From: Polyangiales bacterium
Lineage (GTDB): Bacteria; Myxococcota_A; Polyangia; Polyangiales; Polyangiaceae
NCBI GenBank assembly: GCA_038231275.1
Contig: JBBRLQ010000017.1
Span: forward strand, 32,001 to 96,000
Direction of reading: 5' to 3'
Length of the DNA stretch: 64,000 nt
Below the pieces are notes generated by a model, which had not been told where the DNA came from, did not search any database, and saw only the letters and a list, made by a program, of their open reading frames with translations. A program made the position numbers and the translations under genes. This document shows, one piece after another, positions 10,231-19,150 of this stretch; the first letter of the stretch is position 1; each line of letters begins with the position of its first letter.

Positions 10231-11286
10231 TCACATGAAGCTGCCCGATGCGCCCAGGACCAGGCCGGGAGCCCCGCCGGCAGGGCAGACCGCGGGAGCG
10301 CCTATATAAGGAAGGAGGACGCCGGACCTCCGAGGCGCGTCCGGAGCGCCGGTCGTCGCGAACAGCACGACCGTGACCACCGCGGAGGCCACCGTCGCGA
10401 GGCCGAGGACGTCGGTGACGACGGCCAACGTGCGGGTCTTGGTGCGGGCGCTCGCGACCTCGTCGGGCGTCGCGCCGAAGCGGTCTACGGTCTTGTCGTA
10501 GGTGCTCTTCTGCCCGAGGGCGAGCACGCCAACGACGCCGGTGCCGACGCCGAGCGCCCCTGTGACGGCCACGCCGATCCAAAATGGAGTGCGGCTCTTC
10601 GGCGGCGCGGCGACCCGCGCGGGCTCGGACGCGGGAGGCGACGGCGCGACGACGGGCGGGCGCGTTGCTGGCGGCGGAGGAGCGGCGGGGGGATGGAGCT
10701 CCAGCGAGACCTTCTTCTTGTCGCCGCCCGCGACGGTCACGCGCACCTCGGCAGGCTCGAGGCCAGTCTTCGTCGCGCGGAGCTTCCACTCCCCGCCGTT
10801 CAAGAGGATGGGCGCCGCCACCGGCGATTTTCCGAGATCGAGGCGCCGTTCCCCCTCGATCGTGACGTCGGCTCCGGTCTCATTCACCATTATCTCGACG
10901 CTGGCGACGTGCCCCTCGAGGCGCGCGAGATCCTTCTCGACCTCCGCGCGGCGGGCTTTGCCGAGCTCCGAGCCTCCTTGCGAGACGTATTCGCGGAACG
11001 ACTTCACCGCGCCCGCGAAATCGCCGAGCTCCTCGAACGTCTGCCCGATGTTGAACAGCAGCCGGAAATTCGGCGAGAGGCGATAGGCCTCCTGGAACTC
11101 CACGAGCGCAGAGCGGAAGTCGGCGTCCTTGTAGAACTTCACGCCGCGCTGGAAATGCTGCCGCGCGCTGGCGAGGGTGGCGGAGGGCGGAGCCTGCGCG
11201 CGCGCGCCCATGGGAACGAACGCGATCGCCATCGCGACGGAGAACGCGATGCGCGAGGCGAGAGACGCCGTCACTTTGCGCCCCAT
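10231..11286 (-). CDS. TPR + PEGA domain envelope protein
   Basis: Signal peptide ending ARA; TPR ARQHFQRGVKFY..AYRLSPNFRLLFNIG; PEGA-like GADVTIEG..LGKSP; Pro-rich linker; two hydrophobic helices; beta-like C-terminus. Confidence 0.82.
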   Translation of the reverse strand: MGRKVTASLASRIAFSVAMAIAFVPMGARAQAPPSATLASARQHFQRGVKFYKDADFRSALVEFQEAYRLSPNFRLLFNIGQTFEELGDFAGAVKSFREYVSQGGSELGKARRAEVEKDLARLEGHVASVEIMVNETGADVTIEGERRLDLGKSPVAAPILLNGGEWKLRATKTGLEPAEVRVTVAGGDKKKVSLELHPPAAPPPPATRPPVVAPSPPASEPARVAAPPKSRTPFWIGVAVTGALGVGTGVVGVLALGQKSTYDKTVDRFGATPDEVASARTKTRTLAVVTDVLGLATVASAVVTVVLFATTGAPDAPRRSGVLLPYIGAPAVCPAGGAPGLVLGASGSFM

Positions 11287-12890
11287 GGATCGTTCGTGTC
11301 GATCGGCTTGGTGGGCCGACGCGTGCGCGGATCGTCGGGAGCGACCGGAGGCTTCGGTAGACGCGGGCCCGTAGCCGGTCGCTCGGCCTGCAGCGAGAGC
11401 TCCAGACGAACGTCCCGATCGAGGACCAGCGTGCGCTGCTCGGGCGCGAAGCCAGGCGCCGCGACGCCCAACGCGTGGGTGCTCCGGTCGCGAGGGAGGC
11501 GCTTGGAGAACGGATTTCCGTCGACGGCGACGCCATCGAGCGTGAAATGCGCGGCTGCGGGGGTCGCGACGACGAAGACATCCACCGTCGGTGTGCTCGG
11601 CGTCGCGGAGACGTCACCGCTCGAAGCGACCGGGGGCGACGCGATCGACGCGGCGCTGGCGCTCGCGATCGGCTCGAGCGGTGGCCTGGAGCCGCGACGA
11701 AACGCGAACGTCGCCGCGCCCGCCAGCGCGATCGCGGCGAGCGCGCCCAGGACGACGACCCGACGCCGTGACGACGCGCGCGCCGCGCCGAGCTCGAGGC
11801 TGACCGAGGCCTGCGTCGGAGACGTGATCGTCGTGGCGGCGCCGTCGGCCGCGGTTCGCGTGGGATCGTTGTCGGACACGCCGCTCTCGGACGAAGGCGA
11901 CGGCGGCGGCAAGAGCGGTGTGGGGTGCGACGGCGCCGCGTCGGGCGACGCGAGGCGGTCCTGGATGAGGCGACGGACCTGCGAGCGCTCCTTCTCGAAC
12001 GCCCGCGCGACGAGCGCTCCGACGTCCGCGTCGGTGACCCGCATGCCCGCCTTCTCGATGAACGCGGCGAGCGCGCTCAGCATGTCCGCCGCCGTCGCGT
12101 ACCGGACCGCGCGATCGCTCGCCATCGCGCGATCGCAGATCGCCGCGAGCTCCGGCGGCGCGTCGGGCACCTCCGTCGCGATCTTGGGCTCGAGCCCGTT
12201 GATGCGCCGGTGCAAGATGGCCGGCTCCGCGAGATCGTGGGTGATGCGCCTCTTCGCGAGCGCCTCCCAGAGGAGGACGCCGACCGCGAAGACGTCGGCC
12301 CGCCGATCGATCGCGTCGTTGGCGATCTGCTCGGGCGCCGCGTAGCCGAGCTTGCCCTTGAAGACGCCGGTCTCCGTCTTAACCGCCGCTCCTTTGGCCT
12401 TCGCGATGCCGAAGTCGACGAGCTTGATCGCGCCGCCGTAGGTCAAAAATACGTTCTGCGGCGTCACGTCGCGATGGACGACGCCCAGCGGAGTGCCGGT
12501 GAGATCGGTCAGATCGTGCGCGGCGTGGAGCCCCGCGAGGATGCGCGTGAGGACGTGCAGCGTGATCGGCAACGGGAGCTGGCGCTTCGTGCGTCCGAGG
12601 ACGGCGCTGAGCGGCTGCCCATCCAGGTACTCCATGACGATGAAGTAGCGACCGTCCGCCTCGCCGACCTCGAAGCACTGCACGAGGTTCGGGTGCTCGA
12701 GGCGCGACACGAGGCGCGCTTCGTCGGTGAACATCGCGACGAAGTCCGGATCGATCGCCAGCTCCGGCAGGATCTCCTTGATGACGACGAGCTTCTGCGT
12801 CCCAAGCGCGCCCGGCAGCGCCGCGAGCGACACGCGCGCCATCCCCCCTTGCCCGAGGAGCGCGAGATCGCGGTAGCGCCCGAAGCTCAT
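11271..12890 (-). CDS. Transmembrane Ser/Thr protein kinase (Hanks type)
   Basis: LGQGGMA, VVIKEI, HRDVTPQN, DFG and YAAPE; TM VVVLGALAAIALAGAATFAF; PEGA-like external domain; ends ..TNDPWGAK. Confidence 0.95.
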   Translation of the reverse strand: MSFGRYRDLALLGQGGMARVSLAALPGALGTQKLVVIKEILPELAIDPDFVAMFTDEARLVSRLEHPNLVQCFEVGEADGRYFIVMEYLDGQPLSAVLGRTKRQLPLPITLHVLTRILAGLHAAHDLTDLTGTPLGVVHRDVTPQNVFLTYGGAIKLVDFGIAKAKGAAVKTETGVFKGKLGYAAPEQIANDAIDRRADVFAVGVLLWEALAKRRITHDLAEPAILHRRINGLEPKIATEVPDAPPELAAICDRAMASDRAVRYATAADMLSALAAFIEKAGMRVTDADVGALVARAFEKERSQVRRLIQDRLASPDAAPSHPTPLLPPPSPSSESGVSDNDPTRTAADGAATTITSPTQASVSLELGAARASSRRRVVVLGALAAIALAGAATFAFRRGSRPPLEPIASASAASIASPPVASSGDVSATPSTPTVDVFVVATPAAAHFTLDGVAVDGNPFSKRLPRDRSTHALGVAAPGFAPEQRTLVLDRDVRLELSLQAERPATGPRLPKPPVAPDDPRTRRPTKPIDTNDPWGAK

Positions 12891-12909
12891 GGGGCAACCT
12901 CACGCGGCT

Positions 12910-13917
12910 TCATCGGGGGACGTACCGCGGGCCGACGTTGGAGTAGACCATCGTGTTGGCGATCGCGTAGAAGGTCACGCCTCCCAGGAGCTGACCGCTC
13001 GCGGCGAGCGTCATGTCGACGTGACGTGAGCCGACGGGGATGTTGAAGAAGCCTGCGATGCCCGTCGAATCGGTGACGGTGCGGGTCGTCGAGGGGTTGT
13101 TCCCGTCGAAGTAGAACGACTGCGTGGTCCCCGCGATCGACTTGTCGAGCGTAAACGAGACGCCGGCGGAGTCTTGCGCGTCGCAGTCGGTCCCGATCAT
13201 GAACGCCGCGCCGAGCCTGGGGTCCACCGTCAGCTGGTAGATCGTCGCGAAATTCTGGAGCGTGCCGAAGGTCGCGAGCAGGTAGTCGTCGGCGAGGTCG
13301 GCGGTGATCGGCGTGCTCGAGTAGTAAACGTTGGTCGTTATGTAGACGTTGTCGTTGTTCCCGCCGTCCACGAACGCGGCGCCGCCGTCGGCCGAGGTCT
13401 GCTCGATCGCGAGGTAGCCGCTGAACGCGCCGGCCGACACGTCGAAATCGTAGAGCACGTGACCCGCGTCGTTCGGCGTCAACGTCGCGAGCGGGTTCAC
13501 GCAGGTCGGGTCGGCGGAGCTCGGGCAGAAGCGGACGCGCAGCTGCGTCACCGGCGTCGTCTGCGAAAGGAAATCGTGCAGGAACACGTCGTACTTCGCG
13601 ACGCCCCCGTCCGGCACCGGCGCCGGATCGCGATCGACGCAGCGAAAGCGCGGATCCTGAATCCCGGTGTCGAGCGGGCCGTCTGGCGTGGCGTCGCTGC
13701 CGACGTCGGCGCCCGTATCGAGCACGGACGCGTCGATCGTCGTCGCCGCGCACACCTTGGCGACGCAACGGGACGCCGCGAACGCGCCCCCACGGCTCGT
13801 GCAATCCTGGTCGGTGGTGCACTGCTCGCGGCTCGTCTCGAGCAAAAAGGAGCACGCGGTCGCCGCGACGAGCGGAACCAGCGCCAGCGATGCGAAGAGG
13901 AGGGCGCGCGCGCGCAT
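12910..13917 (-). CDS. Cys-rich lipoprotein of unknown function
   Basis: Lipobox-like AATAC; CTTDQDC..C..C knot; Asp-rich linker; beta-rich C-terminal part. First gene of the minus-strand run. Confidence 0.72.
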   Translation of the reverse strand: MRARALLFASLALVPLVAATACSFLLETSREQCTTDQDCTSRGGAFAASRCVAKVCAATTIDASVLDTGADVGSDATPDGPLDTGIQDPRFRCVDRDPAPVPDGGVAKYDVFLHDFLSQTTPVTQLRVRFCPSSADPTCVNPLATLTPNDAGHVLYDFDVSAGAFSGYLAIEQTSADGGAAFVDGGNNDNVYITTNVYYSSTPITADLADDYLLATFGTLQNFATIYQLTVDPRLGAAFMIGTDCDAQDSAGVSFTLDKSIAGTTQSFYFDGNNPSTTRTVTDSTGIAGFFNIPVGSRHVDMTLAASGQLLGGVTFYAIANTMVYSNVGPRYVPR

Positions 13918-13979
13918 GAAGCCACTCCGAGGATACCGCCGCGAACTTGCGTGTGATATCGAATCCGGACCTCCCCCGC

Positions 13980-14993
13980 ATGCGCCCCAAGGAAAAGCAT
14001 CAAGCCCGGAAGATGCGCGTGACGGTGCTCACCTACCTCGAGAAGGAGGGGGCGCTCGAGCACGACATCGTGGTCGATCAGGTCGCGTCGGCGCTGCGCG
14101 CGCACGGCCACAAGCCGAAGATCCTCGGCGTGCACAACGACATCAACCACCTGGTCGAGGGGCTGAGGGAGCACCGCCCGCACCTCGTCTTCAACCTCGT
14201 CGAGCAGTGGGGAAAGAACGTACGCGGCGACGTCGCGGTGGCCGGCGCGCTGGAGCTCCTCGGCCTGAGACACACCGGGGGCGGCCCCGGCGAGCTCTTC
14301 CTCCGCCAGGACAAGGCGCTGACGAAGGAGCTCCTCGCCTACCACGGCGTCCCGTTCCCGAACTACGCCGTCTTCCGCCGCGACTCGTTCCCCGACACGG
14401 GCGTGCGCCTGCGGATGCCTCTCATCATCAAGCCGCTGCGCATGGACTCGTCGATCGGCATCGACTCGTCGTCGGTCGCGCGGTCGACCACGCAGATGAT
14501 GAAGCGCGTCATCGCCATCCACGAGAAGGTGAAGGACTCGGCGCTCGTCGAGGAGTACATCGAGGGGCGCGAGTTCTACGTCGGGGTCATGGGCAACCGG
14601 AAGCCGATCGCGCTGCCGCCCATCGAGATGGATTTTTCGGCGCTGCCCAAGCACATGCCGAAAATCCTCGGGCGTCGCGCGAAGTGGGTGCCGTCGAGCC
14701 GCGAGTACAAAGGCACGCGGTCGAAGCTCGCCGAGATCGACGACGTCCTGAAGCAGCGCCTGCAGACCGTCGCCGTCGAGGCGTACCGTGCGCTCCGCGT
14801 GCGCGACTATGGCCGCGTGGACCTTCGCGTCACGCCCGAGAACGAGATCTACGTCATCGAGGTCAACGCGAGCTGCTACCTCGAGGACAGCGCGGAGTTC
14901 GCGACGGCGGCGAAGGCGGCAGGCCTCTCCTACACGGATCTCATCAACGCGATCGCGCGCCTCGCGATGGCTCGAAGCCGGCGTCCGTTTTGA
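13980..14993 (+). CDS. D-Ala-D-Ala-ligase-like ATP-grasp protein (non-canonical)
   Basis: QDKALTK, PLIIKPLRMDSSIGI, VEEYIEGREF, YGRVDLR and IEVNA. Lacks the GGxSxE N-terminal motif of cell-wall Ddl. Alternative start at 14013. Confidence 0.82.
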   Translation: MRPKEKHQARKMRVTVLTYLEKEGALEHDIVVDQVASALRAHGHKPKILGVHNDINHLVEGLREHRPHLVFNLVEQWGKNVRGDVAVAGALELLGLRHTGGGPGELFLRQDKALTKELLAYHGVPFPNYAVFRRDSFPDTGVRLRMPLIIKPLRMDSSIGIDSSSVARSTTQMMKRVIAIHEKVKDSALVEEYIEGREFYVGVMGNRKPIALPPIEMDFSALPKHMPKILGRRAKWVPSSREYKGTRSKLAEIDDVLKQRLQTVAVEAYRALRVRDYGRVDLRVTPENEIYVIEVNASCYLEDSAEFATAAKAAGLSYTDLINAIARLAMARSRRPF

Positions 14994-16611
14994 TCGCGAG
15001 CTGCGCCACGGCGCGCAGCGACATCGCGAGCTCGAGGACGCCGGAGTAGCGATCGTCGGGGGACTTGGCGAGGGCGCGGGCGAGGATTTCGTCGACGGCG
15101 CGCGGGAGCTCGGGGACGATCTCACTGGGGCGCGCGGGATCGTCGTGGAGCGTGTGGTACAGGGCTTCGGGGCTCGCTCCGGCGAACGCCAGTCGACCGG
15201 TCAAGGCGCGGTACGCGACGGCGCCGAGCGCGAAGACATCGGCACGCGCGTCGGCTCGATTCCCGAGCGCCTGCTCGGGCGCGAGGTAGCCCGGCGTGCC
15301 GACCAGATCGCCGACGGCGGTGAGTGGCCCCGACTCTGAGAGCGCGCACACGCCGAAGTCGACCACCTTCCACCGCGACGCGCCGTTGCCTTCGGCGAGG
15401 AACACGTTCTGCGGCTTCAAGTCACGGTGCACGACGCCGAGCGCGTGCGCCACCGAAAGGCCGCGCGCCACTTCTTGGACCATGGTGACGACCTCGTCGA
15501 GCGGCATGCGCGGGCGGCGCCGGAGGTGCCACGACAGATCGTGCCCTGCGAGGAGCTCCATCGCGAGGAAGGGCGTGCCGTCCTCGGTCTTGCCCAGATC
15601 GAGGACCTCGACGAGGTTCGGCGCGCGGAGGTTCGCGGCGACCTGCGCCTCACGGACGAAACGCTGGAGCGCTTGCGGATCGGCGGATGCGCCGCCCGTG
15701 AGGAGCTTTACGGCCACGCGCGCGCCGTCACGTCGATCGCGCGCGGCGTAGACCTCACCCATCGCCCCGCGGCCGACGAGCTCGGCGAGCGCGTAGTCGC
15801 CGGCGAGCGCGCCCGTCCAGTGTCCGCGCTTGCCGGCGCCGGCGGCGAGCACGCGATCGAGCTGCGCCTTCGCCTCGTCGAGCTGAGCCTGCTTGTGGAG
15901 CGCCTCGCGCGCGGCGAACGTGGCGCGCTCCATCGCGTCGCGGGTCGCCCGTCGGCTGAGGCGCGCCTGCACGAGCGCGACGACGTACACGGTCCCCATC
16001 ATGATCGTGACGAAGAGTCGCTGCACGAACGGGATGCCCTCGGACGAGAAGACGCCGCCGTCGGGCACGACGTCGAAGGTCACCAGCAACGCCGCGGTCA
16101 TGTACGCGCCGATCGCCACGCTGCACAGCGCCACGATCGAGCGCTTCGCCTCGCCCATGCCGAAGAACGAGATGCCGAGGACGATGACCGCCGTGAACGG
16201 CGAAAAGAGCCCTTCGTGCAGCTCGACGACGAACGACTCCACGAGCGCCACGATGCCGAACATGCGAATGAGGATCCGCGAGGAGTCGGCGGTGGCGCGC
16301 GCCCACACCACCGACGCGACGACGATCAGCGCCACCATCGAGACGGCCGTCTCGCGCCGGAGACACCCCTCGGGGCCTTCGATCCAGAGGAAGCCGAGCC
16401 CCAACGTGGAGAGGACCACCGCGACCCGCGCGAACGAGCGCGCCCGCTCCGCCTCGGCGCGCCGCATCGCCTGCCCGACGTTCGACTCCACCGCCGGAAT
16501 CGCTCGTGTCGGCGCGTCCTCCGGCACCCTCCGGTGCGCAACCGGAAACGTCCCGCTGCTGTCCGCCGAAGTGTGATGTGTAGGCCCGAACTGGCTATTT
16601 GCTGCCGCCAT
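14944..16611 (-). CDS. Ser/Thr kinase with N-terminal multi-TM sensor region and C-terminal kinase domain
   Basis: About six hydrophobic helices, then VGRGAMGEVY, VAVK, HRDLKPQN, DFG and GTPGYLAPE. Start set at MAAANSQ (ATG 16611). Confidence 0.9.
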   Translation of the reverse strand: MAAANSQFGPTHHTSADSSGTFPVAHRRVPEDAPTRAIPAVESNVGQAMRRAEAERARSFARVAVVLSTLGLGFLWIEGPEGCLRRETAVSMVALIVVASVVWARATADSSRILIRMFGIVALVESFVVELHEGLFSPFTAVIVLGISFFGMGEAKRSIVALCSVAIGAYMTAALLVTFDVVPDGGVFSSEGIPFVQRLFVTIMMGTVYVVALVQARLSRRATRDAMERATFAAREALHKQAQLDEAKAQLDRVLAAGAGKRGHWTGALAGDYALAELVGRGAMGEVYAARDRRDGARVAVKLLTGGASADPQALQRFVREAQVAANLRAPNLVEVLDLGKTEDGTPFLAMELLAGHDLSWHLRRRPRMPLDEVVTMVQEVARGLSVAHALGVVHRDLKPQNVFLAEGNGASRWKVVDFGVCALSESGPLTAVGDLVGTPGYLAPEQALGNRADARADVFALGAVAYRALTGRLAFAGASPEALYHTLHDDPARPSEIVPELPRAVDEILARALAKSPDDRYSGVLELAMSLRAVAQLAIKTDAGFEPSRGARSR

Positions 16612-16623
16612 GACGGCTACGAC

Positions 16624-16639
16624 TGCGCGTCGCGTGCCA
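16624..16639 (-). promoter_or_regulatory. Putative sigma54 (-24/-12) promoter for the multi-TM kinase
   Basis: Minus strand reads TGGCACG-CGAC-GCGCA (GG-N10-GC). The -24 box is perfect, the -12 box weak; predicted +1 is about 2 nt before the ATG. Confidence 0.45.
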
Positions 16640-16742
16640 GAGCCGCCCCCCCCGTGCGAAGCACGCTCGCCGCAGGCGATGCAGGGAGGCTCGGCGGCGT
16701 CCGCCGACGAGGGGGACGCAGTCCCCACCACACAAAAGCCAC

Positions 16743-16774
16743 AAGAATCACCGAGCGAAAGCTCGGTGATTCTT
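16743..16774 (-). terminator. Hairpin / intrinsic terminator after the larB-larC-peptidase operon
   Basis: Perfect 14-bp stem AAGAATCACCGAGC-GAAA-GCTCGGTGATTCTT overlapping the TAA stop at 16773-16775, followed on the minus strand by GTGGCTTTT. Confidence 0.7.
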
Positions 16775-17783
16775 ATGGCACGTACTGGCCGCTCTGGAGC
16801 CAGTTCATCGCGAGTGCCGTGACGAGGCTCGTGACGGCGATCGTGAGGCGCGCCTCCTGCTCGACGCTGTACGTGAGCTCCATCGCGTCCGCGCGCTCGG
16901 CGAGGAACTCGAGGAGCCACCGCGTGCGCTCGGGCAGGTGCCCGGTCCACTGGAAGACGCTCGCCGGCAGGTCGTGCTGGATGCGGCGAATGAGATCGCT
17001 CCCCGCGAGGCGCACGTTGCTCGCCTCGGTCTCGGTGAAGATGGTGCGGAGCATCTGCTCGAGCTCCGCCGGCCTCTCGTTCGAGGTGCCGACCACGCCC
17101 TTGTAGAACTGCTCGAGCGATATCGAGAGACCCGCCACGTCCTCGTCGAACTCCGCCTTCGTGATGAGCGGCTCGCGCTCGACGAGCTCCGACATGATCC
17201 GCGCGCAGTACTCGAGCTTGCGGAAGGCGCCGGGCCACTTGGCGAACTCCTTCCGCCAGTCCTGTCCCGGCGTGATCCAGATCGCGAAGGTCTCTGCCCA
17301 GTCTTCGTCGGGGTGTTTCTGCGCGTACCACCCGGGCAGGTGGTGCACGAACTCGCGGCTGAACGGGCGCGGGCGGTACTCGTCCTCGTACGGCTTATCC
17401 ATCGAGCCGAAGCGCTCCAGCCACTCCTTCGTCTCGTAGAGTTTGTAGGCGTAGTTCATGACGTGCCCCATCTCGTGGCGCAGGTACTTGAGGATGTCCT
17501 TCGGCCCAGAGCCCTCGACATGACACGCCTGCTCGGCCTGGAGCATCGTGAGCTCTGGCCGCGCGAGGTAGAACGGGATCGCGATGGCGATCGACTCGTA
17601 GGGCACGCCCCACTCGGTCGACAGATAGAAGCGCGGCTTGATGCGCGTGATGCCGGCGGCGATGATCTCGCGCTCGAACGCCTCGAGCACCGGCTCGAGC
17701 GCAGTGCCCTGGATCGTGAGGCCCAGATCGCGGATCGGGGTCGCGCGGCGCTGGCCGCCCTCGAACATGGCCGTCATCGTCAT
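16773..17783 (-). CDS. Putative zinc-binding metallopeptidase (HExxH)
   Basis: LRHEMGH and downstream WYAQKHPDEDWAETFA. ATGA overlap with the larC stop. Confidence 0.8.
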   Translation of the reverse strand: MTMTAMFEGGQRRATPIRDLGLTIQGTALEPVLEAFEREIIAAGITRIKPRFYLSTEWGVPYESIAIAIPFYLARPELTMLQAEQACHVEGSGPKDILKYLRHEMGHVMNYAYKLYETKEWLERFGSMDKPYEDEYRPRPFSREFVHHLPGWYAQKHPDEDWAETFAIWITPGQDWRKEFAKWPGAFRKLEYCARIMSELVEREPLITKAEFDEDVAGLSISLEQFYKGVVGTSNERPAELEQMLRTIFTETEASNVRLAGSDLIRRIQHDLPASVFQWTGHLPERTRWLLEFLAERADAMELTYSVEQEARLTIAVTSLVTALAMNWLQSGQYVP

Positions 17784-19147
17784 GGGACGGCTCCGAGCGC
17801 GGCGAGGGCGGCGCGAATGACCTCACGGACGGGGACGTTGTGCGCCTTGGCCGCGGCGACGCAGGCGTCGAACTCGGGCTTCACTTGAGGAGGGCCGAAC
17901 GGGCCGCCGGCGACCTTCACCGGGATGATGCCGAACGGGGTCGTGACGTCGCGTGTTTCGCGCGGCCGCTCAACGCGCGCGACGCCATGACGGCGCACCC
18001 CGAGGCTCGTCGTCTCGCGGATCATCGCGTGCGCGATCGCGTCGGCGCGGCCTTCGGTGGTGAGCGCGCTGAGCGTGAGCGCGGGGCGTCCCTTCTTCAT
18101 CGTGATGGGCGTCGCCCACACATCGAGCGCGCCCGCCTCCAGGAGCGACTCGATCGCGGCGGCGACGAGCTCTCCGGTCGCGTCGTCGATGTTCGCCTCG
18201 ATCACCGTGTGCGTGCCTTCGCCGCGCGACGCCTTCGCAGTGCTCTCGCCGAGGACCGCGCGGAGGAGGTTCGGTCGGTCGTTCAGGTTCGCGGTGCCGG
18301 CGCCCCAGCCGACGCGCTCGGGGGCGAGCTCGGGCCACCGCGACGAGCCGCGCGCGTTCGCGCCGACGATCGCGGCGCCGGTCGGCGTGACGAACTCGAA
18401 GTCGATCCCCCCGTCGTACGTCGGTAGACCACGCAAGCACTCGACCGTCGCGGGAGCAGGCAGCGGCAGGACTCCATGGCGCGCCTTCACGAAGCCGCGC
18501 CCCATCGGCAGGGGCGACACGACGAGCTCCGCGCCGATCCAGTCGAGCGCCGCCGCGCTGCCGACGATGTCGATGATCGCGTCGATGGCCCCGACCTCGT
18601 GGAAGTGCACGTCGTCGAGCGCCGAGCGGTGAACCTTGGCCTCGGCCTCCGCGAGACGCAAAAAGGCCTTCTCGGCACGCGCGCGCACGCCGTCCGAGAG
18701 CTTCGACTCGGCCAAAATTTGCTTGATTGCGCCGTACGTCCGCTCCGGCTGCGCGCCGTCCACGTGCACGTCGAACGACGCCGCGACGACCCCGCTCCGC
18801 ACGCGCGTACCGAAATGGATGTGGTACCCGGTCAAGGGCAACGCCGCCGCTGCCTCCGCCACGACGCTCTCCGGGACGCCCAGGTCGACCAGCGTAGCGA
18901 TGATCATGTCCCCCGCGAGCCCGCTCGGCGCGTCGAGGAATAGAACCTTCCCCTCCCCTTCCCCGCGCCGCAAATCCGGGCGCGCCGCCGCGCCTACGTG
19001 GTGATGCCCGTGGTCGTGCCCGTGCGCGTGAGCGTGGTCGTGATCATGATCATGACCGTGACCGTGACCATGACCATGACCATGACCATGACCATCGTCA
19101 TGGCCGTGCCCGCCCTCGTGATCGTGGTGGTGATGATCGTGTCCCAT
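17780..19147 (-). CDS. larC: Nickel-pincer cofactor nickel insertase LarC with His-rich N-terminus
   Basis: [63 protein letters not shown] and KPEFD. Confidence 0.93.
   Translation of the reverse strand: MGHDHHHHDHEGGHGHDDGHGHGHGHGHGHGHDHDHDHAHAHGHDHGHHHVGAAARPDLRRGEGEGKVLFLDAPSGLAGDMIIATLVDLGVPESVVAEAAAALPLTGYHIHFGTRVRSGVVAASFDVHVDGAQPERTYGAIKQILAESKLSDGVRARAEKAFLRLAEAEAKVHRSALDDVHFHEVGAIDAIIDIVGSAAALDWIGAELVVSPLPMGRGFVKARHGVLPLPAPATVECLRGLPTYDGGIDFEFVTPTGAAIVGANARGSSRWPELAPERVGWGAGTANLNDRPNLLRAVLGESTAKASRGEGTHTVIEANIDDATGELVAAAIESLLEAGALDVWATPITMKKGRPALTLSALTTEGRADAIAHAMIRETTSLGVRRHGVARVERPRETRDVTTPFGIIPVKVAGGPFGPPQVKPEFDACVAAAKAHNVPVREVIRAALAALGAVP
19000..19147 (-). repeat. Hexamer-based repeat encoding a poly(His-Gly/His-Asp) metal-binding tract of LarC
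   Basis: Plus-strand CATGAC/CGTGAC runs translate on the minus strand to [20 protein letters not shown]. Confidence 0.85.
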
Positions 19148-19150
19148 CCC

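Noticed and set aside
13980..14993. Glycopeptide-resistance (van-type) ligase together with the M15 peptidase
   Set aside because: There is no vanH/vanRS context, the ligase lacks the Ddl/Van N-terminal motifs, and the M15 gene is YcbK-like and 8.5 kb away.
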